Shown in pieces: positions 20,865 to 31,139 of a DNA stretch of 64,000 nt. Source of the stretch: Naegleria gruberi (taxonomy: Eukaryota); the NCBI GenBank assembly GCA_000004985.1, contig GG738846.1. One strand, written 5' to 3'. How positions within the stretch are numbered: the stretch's first letter is position 1; each line of letters opens with the position of its first letter. The notes beneath the pieces are model-generated. The model saw only the letters and a list, made by a program, of their open reading frames with translations, did not search any database and had not been told where the DNA came from. The translations under genes and the position numbers were made by a program.

Positions 20865-21938
20865 TCAATGAATTTTATTATAGGCATTCAATAAAAGGAA
20901 TTGGTAGAGATTGGATAGATGATTTTGCCAATTTGGATCTGATTTGGTGATGGATTCAATGTTGAGTTTGGAAAGGATGGATTTGAGGATTTCTTTCTCT
21001 TTAAAACATTGTGGGGAGAGTATGATATTGGAAATTTGCTGTTCAATGAATTGTTTCAGTATTATTTGAGTTTCATTATACTTTTCAATTAAAAGATCAT
21101 TATTGAAATATCCAAATTTGTAAATGAGATAGTTGTAGAATTTTTGTTGAGAGAGTGGTTTTCCTTTGTGTAATTTTTCATACAGTATTTGAATGAATTG
21201 ATCCAAATCCAAGAGGTACATTTCATTTTGTGTTTTAATGTATTTGAATATTTGCATTGGATGAACAGAATGATCGAGAAATAAACTCTGTTCCAATATT
21301 TCAGATGAATCATACTGACCAATACTATTCAAAATTTCCGAATAATTCAATTTACAATGATGAGAGAATTGGTGGGTATTCCGAGTCAAGATGAGTCTAA
21401 TCATTTTAGGCATTGCTTGTTGATACTTGTTAATATTCCTCAAATGTCCAAATGATTGAAAATATTTAACACATTGAGTGAGATAAATTACATAATTATT
21501 TACATAGTCCGTTTTAACGCCCAATCTATTAATTATACTTTGAATGTATGAATTGAGAATGTTAATTTTCAATTGCTTGTACTTTTTAAAATTATTATAA
21601 TTGGTTTTACACTCTCTACAGATAAAGTAATTTAAAACTTTAGATTTGAGCTCAGAATTTTCATAGACGAGATATTTTACATTTTCATATACATTTCCAT
21701 ACTTGATAGATAAGGTTAAATATTTATACAATTGTACATCATTATTTACAATAAAGTATTGATTATATACACATTGACAATGATCCAAAATGATTAATAA
21801 TTGATCAACTCGATTCTTGTGACTAATTTTCGAATAAATTGTCAAATTTTCAATTGAATCCGATTCTAAATCTTCAATTTTAACTTGATAAATATTTCCA
21901 TATAATATATCCACTGTTTTTGAATATTCTTGTATCAT
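20865..21938 (-). CDS. hypothetical Asn/Lys/Tyr/Ile-rich protein (357 aa)
   Basis: True ATG at 21938..21936 and an intact ORF. It is low-complexity with no recognisable domain. ORF 21985-22263(-) might be a 5' exon joined by a weak GTTAAA donor. Confidence 0.35.
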   Translation of the reverse strand: MIQEYSKTVDILYGNIYQVKIEDLESDSIENLTIYSKISHKNRVDQLLIILDHCQCVYNQYFIVNNDVQLYKYLTLSIKYGNVYENVKYLVYENSELKSKVLNYFICRECKTNYNNFKKYKQLKINILNSYIQSIINRLGVKTDYVNNYVIYLTQCVKYFQSFGHLRNINKYQQAMPKMIRLILTRNTHQFSHHCKLNYSEILNSIGQYDSSEILEQSLFLDHSVHPMQIFKYIKTQNEMYLLDLDQFIQILYEKLHKGKPLSQQKFYNYLIYKFGYFNNDLLIEKYNETQIILKQFIEQQISNIILSPQCFKEKEILKSILSKLNIESITKSDPNWQNHLSNLYQFLLLNAYNKIH

Positions 21939-21984
21939 TATTTGTTTTCTTTTTTCAATTTCCGAGAGTATGAAATTTTGATTT

Positions 21985-22263
21985 TTAACCTTGTCTGCCT
22001 CCTCTCTCCTCTTTCAAATAATATTCCAAATAATCCATCAAATTATTCATCAATTCCGAGAGTTTTTCCAAATCACGATTAAAATATGACTTTAGGAATT
22101 TACTTTTTTTCAATTCATCATAGAAAGCAAGAGCTTGCTCTCGTGTTTTTAATTTTCTTTTCTTTATCAATAAATATAATGATGATGATTGTTGACTCGT
22201 AAAGTGATCATGTTTGTTCCGATAAAAATTGGTTTCAAAATTGGTTTTCAACTCTGTTTGCAT
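21985..22263 (-). CDS. small hypothetical ORF (92 aa) or 5' exon of the downstream gene
   Basis: True ATG at 22263..22261. It is basic and helical. A possible in-frame junction to 21938-ORF exists at a non-consensus donor. Confidence 0.25.
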   Translation of the reverse strand: MQTELKTNFETNFYRNKHDHFTSQQSSSLYLLIKKRKLKTREQALAFYDELKKSKFLKSYFNRDLEKLSELMNNLMDYLEYYLKEERGGRQG

Positions 22264-22661
22264 TTTTATTTAAATAAAATTAATATTATCCTTCAAAAAA
22301 CTATTCAAAATGGCAAAGTTCCTGGTGTATTTTCAAGTACCTCACTCAACATTGCAATCTCCTGTTAGAATGGTCATAGAGTTTGTTTGTACTGGATGCA
22401 AAGTTCAAAAGAGAAATCAATGTTAATAACATCCTTGAAGGATCGACCGATGGCTTAGAAAAACTCATAAATCCACATTCCAAAAAAATTCCTATTCCAC
22501 CTTACAAACATTCTTGTACTTGATCCACTCTATCATCAGAATCAGAACTATTTGATTTTTCAGAAACAGGGATACTCTCATTCTCTGTCATGGGTTGTTG
22601 CTTTTCTGCCATCTCCTTCACACTAATAGATGATGAAACCTCCATGGTGATATCACCCCTC

Positions 22662-23948
22662 TCACTTCCTTCCAAATCCACCACATTCACATCTCACACC
22701 ATCACCACCACCACTTTGATTTTTACTGTATTTATGGGTACTACTGGTATTCCTGGCAGATTGAATGTGTTTTGAATTGTTAGATCTGATACTACTGGTG
22801 GTACCATTCTGATCAGATCCTTGATTTTCCTTGAGAAGGTGAATGGGTGTGTAGAGAGCCAAAGCAGTGAATGCAAAAACAAGAATTCCCAAAGTGTTAC
22901 ATATTGAATATCCAAGTGCAAAATGACTGAGTGCTGGATCTTGTTGAGCAACACCACTGCCACCTGCAAAAGCTTCGAATAGAAAACATCCAAATAATCC
23001 ACTTTGTAAAATTAGTACTTTAACAATGGAATTTCTCTTCTTTTTTTGATCTTCAGCTATTTTTGAAATTGTTTTAAGAACTGCATATGCTGCAATCTAA
23101 TTAAAATTGTAAATTGACTCGTAAACATTTTGTAAACATACCACCAACATTGTAATTTGAGTTGTCACCTCCAACACAAATATTATAAAACATAAAATAT
23201 AGCCGTACGTGACCAAATCATCTCCAGCATAGGCCAATCTATTTAAAATAGTGACAATACTCACAAATACAGTAATCAAAACCAATCCAACTGAATTAAT
23301 ACCTGTAAAAATTGTTACAATTTTTGTAAAGTAAAATAATTTTTTGGATCGAAGTGTTCCACTCGAGAGTCTAAATGTTTCAATGAAAACCAACGTTACA
23401 AACCAAACGATAATGACCATCACTTGAACATTCATCAATGCCATACATATTTCAAGGGATTCTGCAATTGCATAAATGACAATTTGTTCGAATGGAATTC
23501 CAACTTCATGGGGTGTTAGTCCGAGTGTATTGTTGAACCAGAGTAGAGTTTGAAAACCCTCAATTATTGTTTCATTATTTCCATACCTATCCGAAAAATA
23601 ATCTTGATATCTGAATCCAAATGAAATGTTAAGACTATCGAAAATAATCCTCGAAATTAACAAGACAATTTCCAAGCAACACATAACCAACACTCCATAA
23701 ATAATTCTTTTTTGATTTTTCATTAAATTTCCCCTTTCCCGCCTCAACTTGAGCAGGAAGTAAATGATAAAGAGGAGTAGACCAATAGTGATGAACAAGT
23801 AGATGATGACTATTGTCATTTCAATGTATGATACGATGAGTGGTTCAAGTCTTAGGAGAGATGTTAGTACAGGTGGGAGAGTATTGTTTGACAATGACAT
23901 TGATAACAGTGATGATTCCAGTTGCGGTAGTGGTGATGAGGTTGTCAT
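22662..23948 (-). CDS. seven-transmembrane (GPCR-like) membrane protein, 2 exons (23948..23142, 23096..22662)
   Basis: ATG at 23948..23946, with seven hydrophobic helices. The in-frame TAG at 23099-23097 lies inside a 45-nt intron (23097..23141, GTATGT…TTTTAATTAG, phase 0) that joins two track ORFs in frame (…TQITMLV|IAAYAVLKTI…). The C-terminal end is uncertain because ORF 22502-22690 continues in a +1 frame. Confidence 0.5.
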
Positions 23949-24202
23949 TTTGTTTTTTTTCTAATGGAATTTTGTAGCTCTTATTAAAAGTTACTATTAG
24001 TGACAGTTTGAAAAAAAACCATCTCTCCCATCTTTAAATGTTTTGACATGGTATGGTGTATTTTTAATCCTTGCAAATAATTAAAGGAAACCTTGATAAA
24101 TAAAAAACAAGATACCATTTCCAAACAAAGTAACTTTTTTGGGTTGTAATATTCTTTCTGATGAATTTAATTTCAAAAAAACAATTAAAAATATCAAAAA
24201 AA

Positions 24203-24478
24203 ATGTCAATTTATTTTCATTTATTATTTCACCAAGAAGACCAAATTTTTGGTTTTTTTATTCAACAACAAATTAATTTAATTCCATTACCTTTGGGTTT
24301 TTTGATAAATTCATTTAATAACAAAACTAATAGAAATGAATTTGAAAAACCCTTCTTCAAGCGCGTTGCGTGTGTTTGTGAAATTGGTTGTGGCCACTTT
24401 TTGATCCTGATTATATTTGGCAAGGGCTATATATATGGAAACGAGTTCAAATTTTTTCTAATGTCGTTTCTATCATAA
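24203..24478 (+). CDS. short ORF of conserved-N-terminus family, subfamily C (MSIYFHLLFHQEDQIFGFFIQQQIN…)
   Basis: ATG at 24203 in an aaaaaaaATG context. 24195-24400 is near-identical to 24716-24910. Confidence 0.3.
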   Translation: MSIYFHLLFHQEDQIFGFFIQQQINLIPLPLGFLINSFNNKTNRNEFEKPFFKRVACVCEIGCGHFLILIIFGKGYIYGNEFKFFLMSFLS

Positions 24479-24728
24479 ATAGGAACCAAAATACAACAAA
24501 CCAACATCGTCTAAGTAGTTGGAAGATGTTAACAAATCTGATCTCAAAAAATTCATAAATACATTCATCATTTGTGTAAAAAAGTGAACATATTTAAATG
24601 TTACATTGTAAATTAATAAAACAAGATTGAGAATTAGTAATAATTATGATGAAGATGACATCTGTTCCAAGCTTAGTGGAATACTTTTAGACAGATGCTA
24701 TTTAATAAATAAAAATATCAAAAAAAAA

Positions 24729-25049
24729 ATGTCAATTTATTTTCATTTATTATTTCACCAAGAAGACCAAATTTTTGGTTTTTTTATTCAACAACAAATT
24801 AATATAATTCCAATACATATGGGTTCTTTTATAAATTCATTTAATAACAAAACTAATAGAAATGAATTTGAAAAACCCTTCTTCAACTACGTTGTGTGTA
24901 TTTGTGAAATTGGTTATAGATGGCAAGTTGTGTCTGTTTTCCACTATTTTGATTGGTATGTTCAAGTTTACAAGATCATCAATATAAGCTCCTTCAAAAC
25001 CTTGTATTTCATAAACCATCAAAAATTCATAAATATCAACAATATCTGA
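24729..25049 (+). CDS. short ORF of conserved-N-terminus family, subfamily C, second copy
   Basis: ATG at 24729. It is identical over the first ~66 aa to the 24203 copy. The inverted 21-mer ATCGCAGTAAGCGTTAAGCTT at 25526-25546 lies ~480 bp downstream, in the same relative arrangement as in the 2.1-3.1 kb unit. Confidence 0.3.
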   Translation: MSIYFHLLFHQEDQIFGFFIQQQINIIPIHMGSFINSFNNKTNRNEFEKPFFNYVVCICEIGYRWQVVSVFHYFDWYVQVYKIINISSFKTLYFINHQKFININNI

Positions 25050-25556
25050 AACATGGTGGAATAGTATGGTGGAGTAGTATGTGTATATATCAACTTTTAG
25101 CACCAGCAGTATAAAAGTGAACATATATACCTTTTAACTTACACATTACTTATAATTTTATATATTAGAAGCATGATAGTTGAATAAGTCATCAGTATCA
25201 ATTATGGAACAAGTATTATTCAAGTTTTTGAAATGGAGAACTTTTAGATAATCAATATAGAACCAAACAGAAACACCTTTGCTTTTTCATCTTGTCCAAC
25301 CACTAAAAAATATTCAGGAATTAATGTTGAATAATATTTTTGGTGCTTAATGTGGGATTCTTATCAAAAGTAGTTTCAATCATCTTTGTATGTTGCTCAG
25401 AAATGCTGTCTTTTAGGTCATTAACTTTATTCAGTAATGATTTTGCTTGATGTGTTTACCATGTTTCTTAATTTTTTTGAGCATAAAAATTATTTATCAA
25501 CTCAATTTTATTGTTTACAAAAAATCGCAGTAAGCGTTAAGCTTACGTAGGTTTAA

Positions 25557-25606
25557 NNNNNNNNNNNNNNNNNNNNNNNNNNNNNNNNNNNNNNNNNNNN
25601 NNNNNN
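25557..25606. other. assembly gap (50 N)
   Basis: Run of N. Confidence 1.
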
Positions 25607-27399
25607 ACCTTATTTTGTTGTTGATAAACCTATAAACAAACAACTTATGATTCAATTAAAATCAAAAACATAAATTTTTACATGAAAAATAATTTCTAAT
25701 TTCATGATAATAATTTTCCAATAAAAATCACTATTACTACTAGTATATAGATGATGTAGAGATGACGAGCTGAAATTATTGTGGTATAAAGATGTGAAAC
25801 CACTCTGTTAATCATCAAAGTAGTCTTCCCTACTACCGAACCGTTTATTTGTTTCAAAGCAATTTAAAATTACTGAAAATTCTTTATTAATGAAGAGTAA
25901 GTATTAATAAGATTCAATGACCTGGATTGTGGAAGGTTGACCAAACAGGCAATGCAGTGAAAATACATAGTTTAACTCGTCAAGAGAAAACCGGCATGAT
26001 TTTGCATAACGTGGAATAGTATTATCATTAGTATTTGTTTGAACAACAATACTGAAATAATAGTTATTATATTTGTGGAAGGCTCAAGAATGAATGGTTA
26101 TTGCCAATGTTGGCATATTTTTTAAATCCTCTGAAAACTTCACTTTCTACTCTTTCTCCATTCATTGGTGAGAAAATCTATTCTTGGTTTCTTAATCATT
26201 ACTACCTTAGCATAATCAATAAATTCGAAACAATAACTGAACAAGTAACTCTAACTAGTGTAGCAATAGATTGAGCACAGTTAGTGTAAGAATATTATTG
26301 ACAAATAATTCAAACCGAATGGAACAGTTGTTTAGAAGACAATTTTGAACAAACACTAATGACCAAACTCCAACAATTAGGAAATCTGAAAAAACTTAAA
26401 GACAATTTCGAAAAACATATTACTAATAAATTGAATACTCTTTTAACAACCAAAAAGTATTTAGAGGAAGAAATGTATTAGAAAATTATCAAGAAACAAC
26501 ATAAAAACAAGGTCTAGCAAAATAAATGACTTAATTTTAACCAAATCGGAAGTTCTTTCAATTTCTCCAAATAAAATACAACTTGATTTATTGGATTTTT
26601 GAGATTTGTGATTTGATGTAATATAATAGGTAACAAAGTTTACCTTTAAAGAACCATTTGAACAAGCGAAAATTGAATAAATAGTGGCTTCATTTAAGAA
26701 GGCTGTAATTTAATAATCAAAAAAAACAAATTAACAATAATTAACAATATGATTCAATTAAATGAATCCAGCAATCAATATCTTCATTGTATTGAATTTC
26801 ATATCGGTGAAATATTTGAAGGCTTTGAAATCTGCATATTTCTTTATGTTTTAATGGTTTTACAAGAAAGTTTGGAACAAGAGAAATCAAATAGTAATAA
26901 CCTTTTTGGGATTCAATTTTATTTGAAAAATCGTTCAAATGTTCATGTGAATAGAATAATCCATGTTATAACATTACAAATCTTCTTCACTTTACCAATA
27001 TGATTCATTTGTTTCAAGTTTAAGGATTTTTTACATGTTAGATCAATACTTTGAAAATAATTCTTTCTTTCTTCCATATTATAAAAATCCTTAATATCAT
27101 TTTGATCAAGTGATTCATTATTACCATCACTATCAATGGACTGTGTTATATACGAAACAATCCCGTATAAAAAATTATTCAGTAATATTCGGTCGCATCA
27201 TTCTTCCATTTGCAAAAAATATCTTTGTACACACCGATTCCCGCTAAATTATTTTGATGATAATTTTAACAATTTTTTCGTCAAATTTTAACGTATCAGA
27301 TTGCAAAATTATGAAATAAAGTTTATTGAAAAATTTTAAAAATTGATGCTTAAAGCATAATAAAATCGTCAACAAGTGTTGGGAGAAAAATTCCAAATT

Positions 27400-27575
27400 A
27401 ACGCGCAATTGACGTCAAGAATTATCGTCAATTCTTAATGATTTATTATCAATTTTTGACGTCAAAAATTGATAATAAATTGATAATGTTTTGTATCAAA
27501 TATTGATGAAAAAACATCAATAATTACGTCAAAAAATTCATAATAATTATTGTCAATTATTGACTAAATTCCAGC
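27400..27575. promoter_or_regulatory. cluster of TGACGTCA (CRE-like) palindromes and TTGATAAT/ATTGAC repeats
   Basis: Perfect TGACGTCA at 27410-27417 and 27467-27474. TTACGTCA at 27524-27531. The inverted GTCAAT…ATTGAC pair at 27552-27566. Interspersed TGATAATAAATTGATAAT repeats. No ORF. Confidence 0.35.
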
Positions 27576-28066
27576 AATTATTTACTCCAAAATCTTGTAA
27601 AATTTCCAAGTTCCAAACTCATCTATTATTAGATCCACTTCCATTCCAAATTTCCAACCGAAAAAAATATCTACACTCCTCATCCTCACTCCAACTGATG
27701 AAATATCACTCACCTCTTCAGTTACATTCAAAATTAATGATAATAAATCAAAATTACTTACATTGTTTTCTGTTCAAAATCTGTTGCTTGCATATAAATC
27801 GTGCTGTTTAGCACAAATTGAATTATAACAAATTACCTAATTTCTTGTGATGAATAATTTTGATGATCCGTAGCAGGTAAAATCATATAATATGAAAATA
27901 ATACAACAAACCAATTTCGAAGAATAAAATCTTTATAAATCCAACTAACAACAATAATTAAAAAATTAAGAAATTAAGAAATTTAAATACAACAAACCAA
28001 TAAACAATAAAACTCCGCCAACAATTATCGTATTAACAAATTAATGATACTATTCAATATTTAATG

Positions 28067-29235
28067 NNNNNNNNNNNNNNNNNNNNNNNNNNNNNNNNNN
28101 NNNNNNNNNNNNNNNNNNNNNNNNNNNNNNNNNNNNNNNNNNNNNNNNNNNNNNNNNNNNNNNNNNNNNNNNNNNNNNNNNNNNNNNNNNNNNNNNNNNN
28201 NNNNNNNNNNNNNNNNNNNNNNNNNNNNNNNNNNNNNNNNNNNNNNNNNNNNNNNNNNNNNNNNNNNNNNNNNNNNNNNNNNNNNNNNNNNNNNNNNNNN
28301 NNNNNNNNNNNNNNNNNNNNNNNNNNNNNNNNNNNNNNNNNNNNNNNNNNNNNNNNNNNNNNNNNNNNNNNNNNNNNNNNNNNNNNNNNNNNNNNNNNNN
28401 NNNNNNNNNNNNNNNNNNNNNNNNNNNNNNNNNNNNNNNNNNNNNNNNNNNNNNNNNNNNNNNNNNNNNNNNNNNNNNNNNNNNNNNNNNNNNNNNNNNN
28501 NNNNNNNNNNNNNNNNNNNNNNNNNNNNNNNNNNNNNNNNNNNNNNNNNNNNNNNNNNNNNNNNNNNNNNNNNNNNNNNNNNNNNNNNNNNNNNNNNNNN
28601 NNNNNNNNNNNNNNNNNNNNNNNNNNNNNNNNNNNNNNNNNNNNNNNNNNNNNNNNNNNNNNNNNNNNNNNNNNNNNNNNNNNNNNNNNNNNNNNNNNNN
28701 NNNNNNNNNNNNNNNNNNNNNNNNNNNNNNNNNNNNNNNNNNNNNNNNNNNNNNNNNNNNNNNNNNNNNNNNNNNNNNNNNNNNNNNNNNNNNNNNNNNN
28801 NNNNNNNNNNNNNNNNNNNNNNNNNNNNNNNNNNNNNNNNNNNNNNNNNNNNNNNNNNNNNNNNNNNNNNNNNNNNNNNNNNNNNNNNNNNNNNNNNNNN
28901 NNNNNNNNNNNNNNNNNNNNNNNNNNNNNNNNNNNNNNNNNNNNNNNNNNNNNNNNNNNNNNNNNNNNNNNNNNNNNNNNNNNNNNNNNNNNNNNNNNNN
29001 NNNNNNNNNNNNNNNNNNNNNNNNNNNNNNNNNNNNNNNNNNNNNNNNNNNNNNNNNNNNNNNNNNNNNNNNNNNNNNNNNNNNNNNNNNNNNNNNNNNN
29101 NNNNNNNNNNNNNNNNNNNNNNNNNNNNNNNNNNNNNNNNNNNNNNNNNNNNNNNNNNNNNNNNNNNNNNNNNNNNNNNNNNNNNNNNNNNNNNNNNNNN
29201 NNNNNNNNNNNNNNNNNNNNNNNNNNNNNNNNNNN
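28067..29235. other. assembly gap (1169 N)
   Basis: Run of N. The six-frame ORFs spanning it are artefacts. Confidence 1.
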
Positions 29236-29236
29236 T

Positions 29237-29728
29237 TATCAGAAAGTGGTTGGAGAAAAGAAAGCAACACCAAACTTTCATATTTGTACTGAGTTAGTCA
29301 ATTCTTGTAGAATGTACGGCCCTCTTGGTGTAAATTCTGCTTTTATTGGAGAAGGACTCAATTTCACACTCTCAAAGACTTACGTTTGTTCAAATTCTGC
29401 TCGATATTCAATCATGTACTTTGATATGTGCCAATTATGTGATTTAATGGATTTAAATGAACCTCTTATTGCCTCTGAATGTATAGTTGGTCACTACGTT
29501 GTAAGAAAGGAATTAGATTGTATCAAGGATATCAAAACGAACGAAGTTTTCAAAGTGGCATCTTTCTCAAAAGATTTTAATGAGATTACCTTAATTTCCA
29601 ACACCACCAATAAGACAAGGGAGATTAGTAGAAGTGAAGCATTTGAAATGCTCCCATGTGTTGTTGTCAAACTCCCTGATGAAGAGAAATATATTCCTGT
29701 GCATTATTATGCATATCAATACTTTTAA
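29237..29728 (+). CDS. 3' part of a hypothetical protein gene truncated by the assembly gap
   Basis: The frame is open from the gap edge to TAA at 29726-29728 (163 codons). An internal ATG at 29311 (MYGPLGV…) could instead be the start of a 139-aa protein. Confidence 0.3.
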   Translation, partial: YQKVVGEKKATPNFHICTELVNSCRMYGPLGVNSAFIGEGLNFTLSKTYVCSNSARYSIMYFDMCQLCDLMDLNEPLIASECIVGHYVVRKELDCIKDIKTNEVFKVASFSKDFNEITLISNTTNKTREISRSEAFEMLPCVVVKLPDEEKYIPVHYYAYQYF

Positions 29729-31090
29729 TAAATTGAAATTTATTGACTTGGAAATTTATTTGTTATTTGAAATTGGAAAAATTTCCAAGTTCCCTCCTGC
29801 TAAGACAACTTTTCGCTTGTTTGACGAAAATAGCTTGACGCAAAATCGTCAAAGTACCAGCACGCTTTGACAGTAAGTGTTTAGCGGGATTGTTAGTTGT
29901 AAAAATCAAAGAACTTGGAAAAATATTTCAAAAATATTGGAAAAACATCAGGTATATCACGACTCTGTTGATTCTTGGAGTGATTTCACATCTATTAACT
30001 CCAAGAATTTCACCACATCATCTCATCATGATTTAAATAATAGTATTAATAGTAATTTTTGGAATTTAATCCTTCATCATGATTTGGAAATAATTTTATT
30101 ATTTGGAAAAATTCAAGTTGGTACATCATCATCGGAACAACTACCAACCATCATCATTGTTATTTATCATCATTTTAATAGTAATATTTGTGGAAATAAA
30201 TCTGATAATAGTAATATTTTAGTGAAATTTAATATTTTCACTAAAATCATCATCACTGCCAGATTTATATGATAATTTGGAAAACTTTCAATCTAGTGTT
30301 CAGCATAGTCAATTCCATCAGGTAAAATCACTTCCGAACATTTTCCTATTGGTTATCATGATGTTAGGTACATGTATATTTTCAACATGTACATGGACCA
30401 TAACTCAACATGTACTTCACCAACTTGGAAAATGTCTTTCATCACTACTATTCATACATAATAAACAATATATTTATTATCAGATTTTCATCATTTTGTG
30501 TTTTTGCCAACTTCGGGTTATTCATGGTCCCAATCATGATTCATGCCAAAAGTACACAGTCAATCTTCTTGAAACATTAATATACTTTTATTAGTACTAT
30601 TGTAGATGTACCATATCAATTATTTCGTCTTGTTTCGTTGAAATCATGAAGATTTTGATTTTTCTGTTTTTAATTAAATTTCACATCACATACACCATAT
30701 TTGTTGATGTAAAAAAGACTAGTTACATGTAAATAATCCATTGTTGATTCTATAATCATGTTTTATTTTGTTTTTGTGTATTTAGGTTTTTGAAATCTTG
30801 CAAATTATTCTGAGGTTGTTCTTCATATAAATATGATTTCTCACTTCATGATATGAGGAGGGATTGATATCATGATTGTTTGGAAGTGTTGTACAAATTT
30901 TGGACACTCCCTGAATTGAAATCAGGAAGAAAGAGTCTAATCTTTAGCACCATATAAAATATGACATTTGACTATGGTTTTGGTCTTATTGGTTGTTTCC
31001 TCAAATATTGGAAAAGGAGAATGATAAACACTTTTTCTCAACATATTCTTTATTTATGGAAGTTATGACCATAAAAATGAATTTCGCATT

Positions 31091-31139
31091 ACCAAACCAT
31101 GCGAATTTATTTAGTTGAAATTTATTCGCATGGTTTGGT
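31091..31139. repeat. perfect 16-17-bp inverted repeat hairpin (ACCAAACCATGCGAATT … AATTCGCATGGTTTGGT) with 16-nt loop
   Basis: Seen directly in sequence. It is intergenic. Confidence 0.7.

Noticed and set aside
23097-23099. In-frame TAG as evidence of stop-codon reassignment (ciliate-like code)
   Set aside because: A perfect 45-nt GTATGT…TAG intron spans it. Other genes terminate with TAG/TAA/TGA directly after conserved C-termini (e.g. cytochrome c TAA, cyclase TAG, F-box gene TGA).
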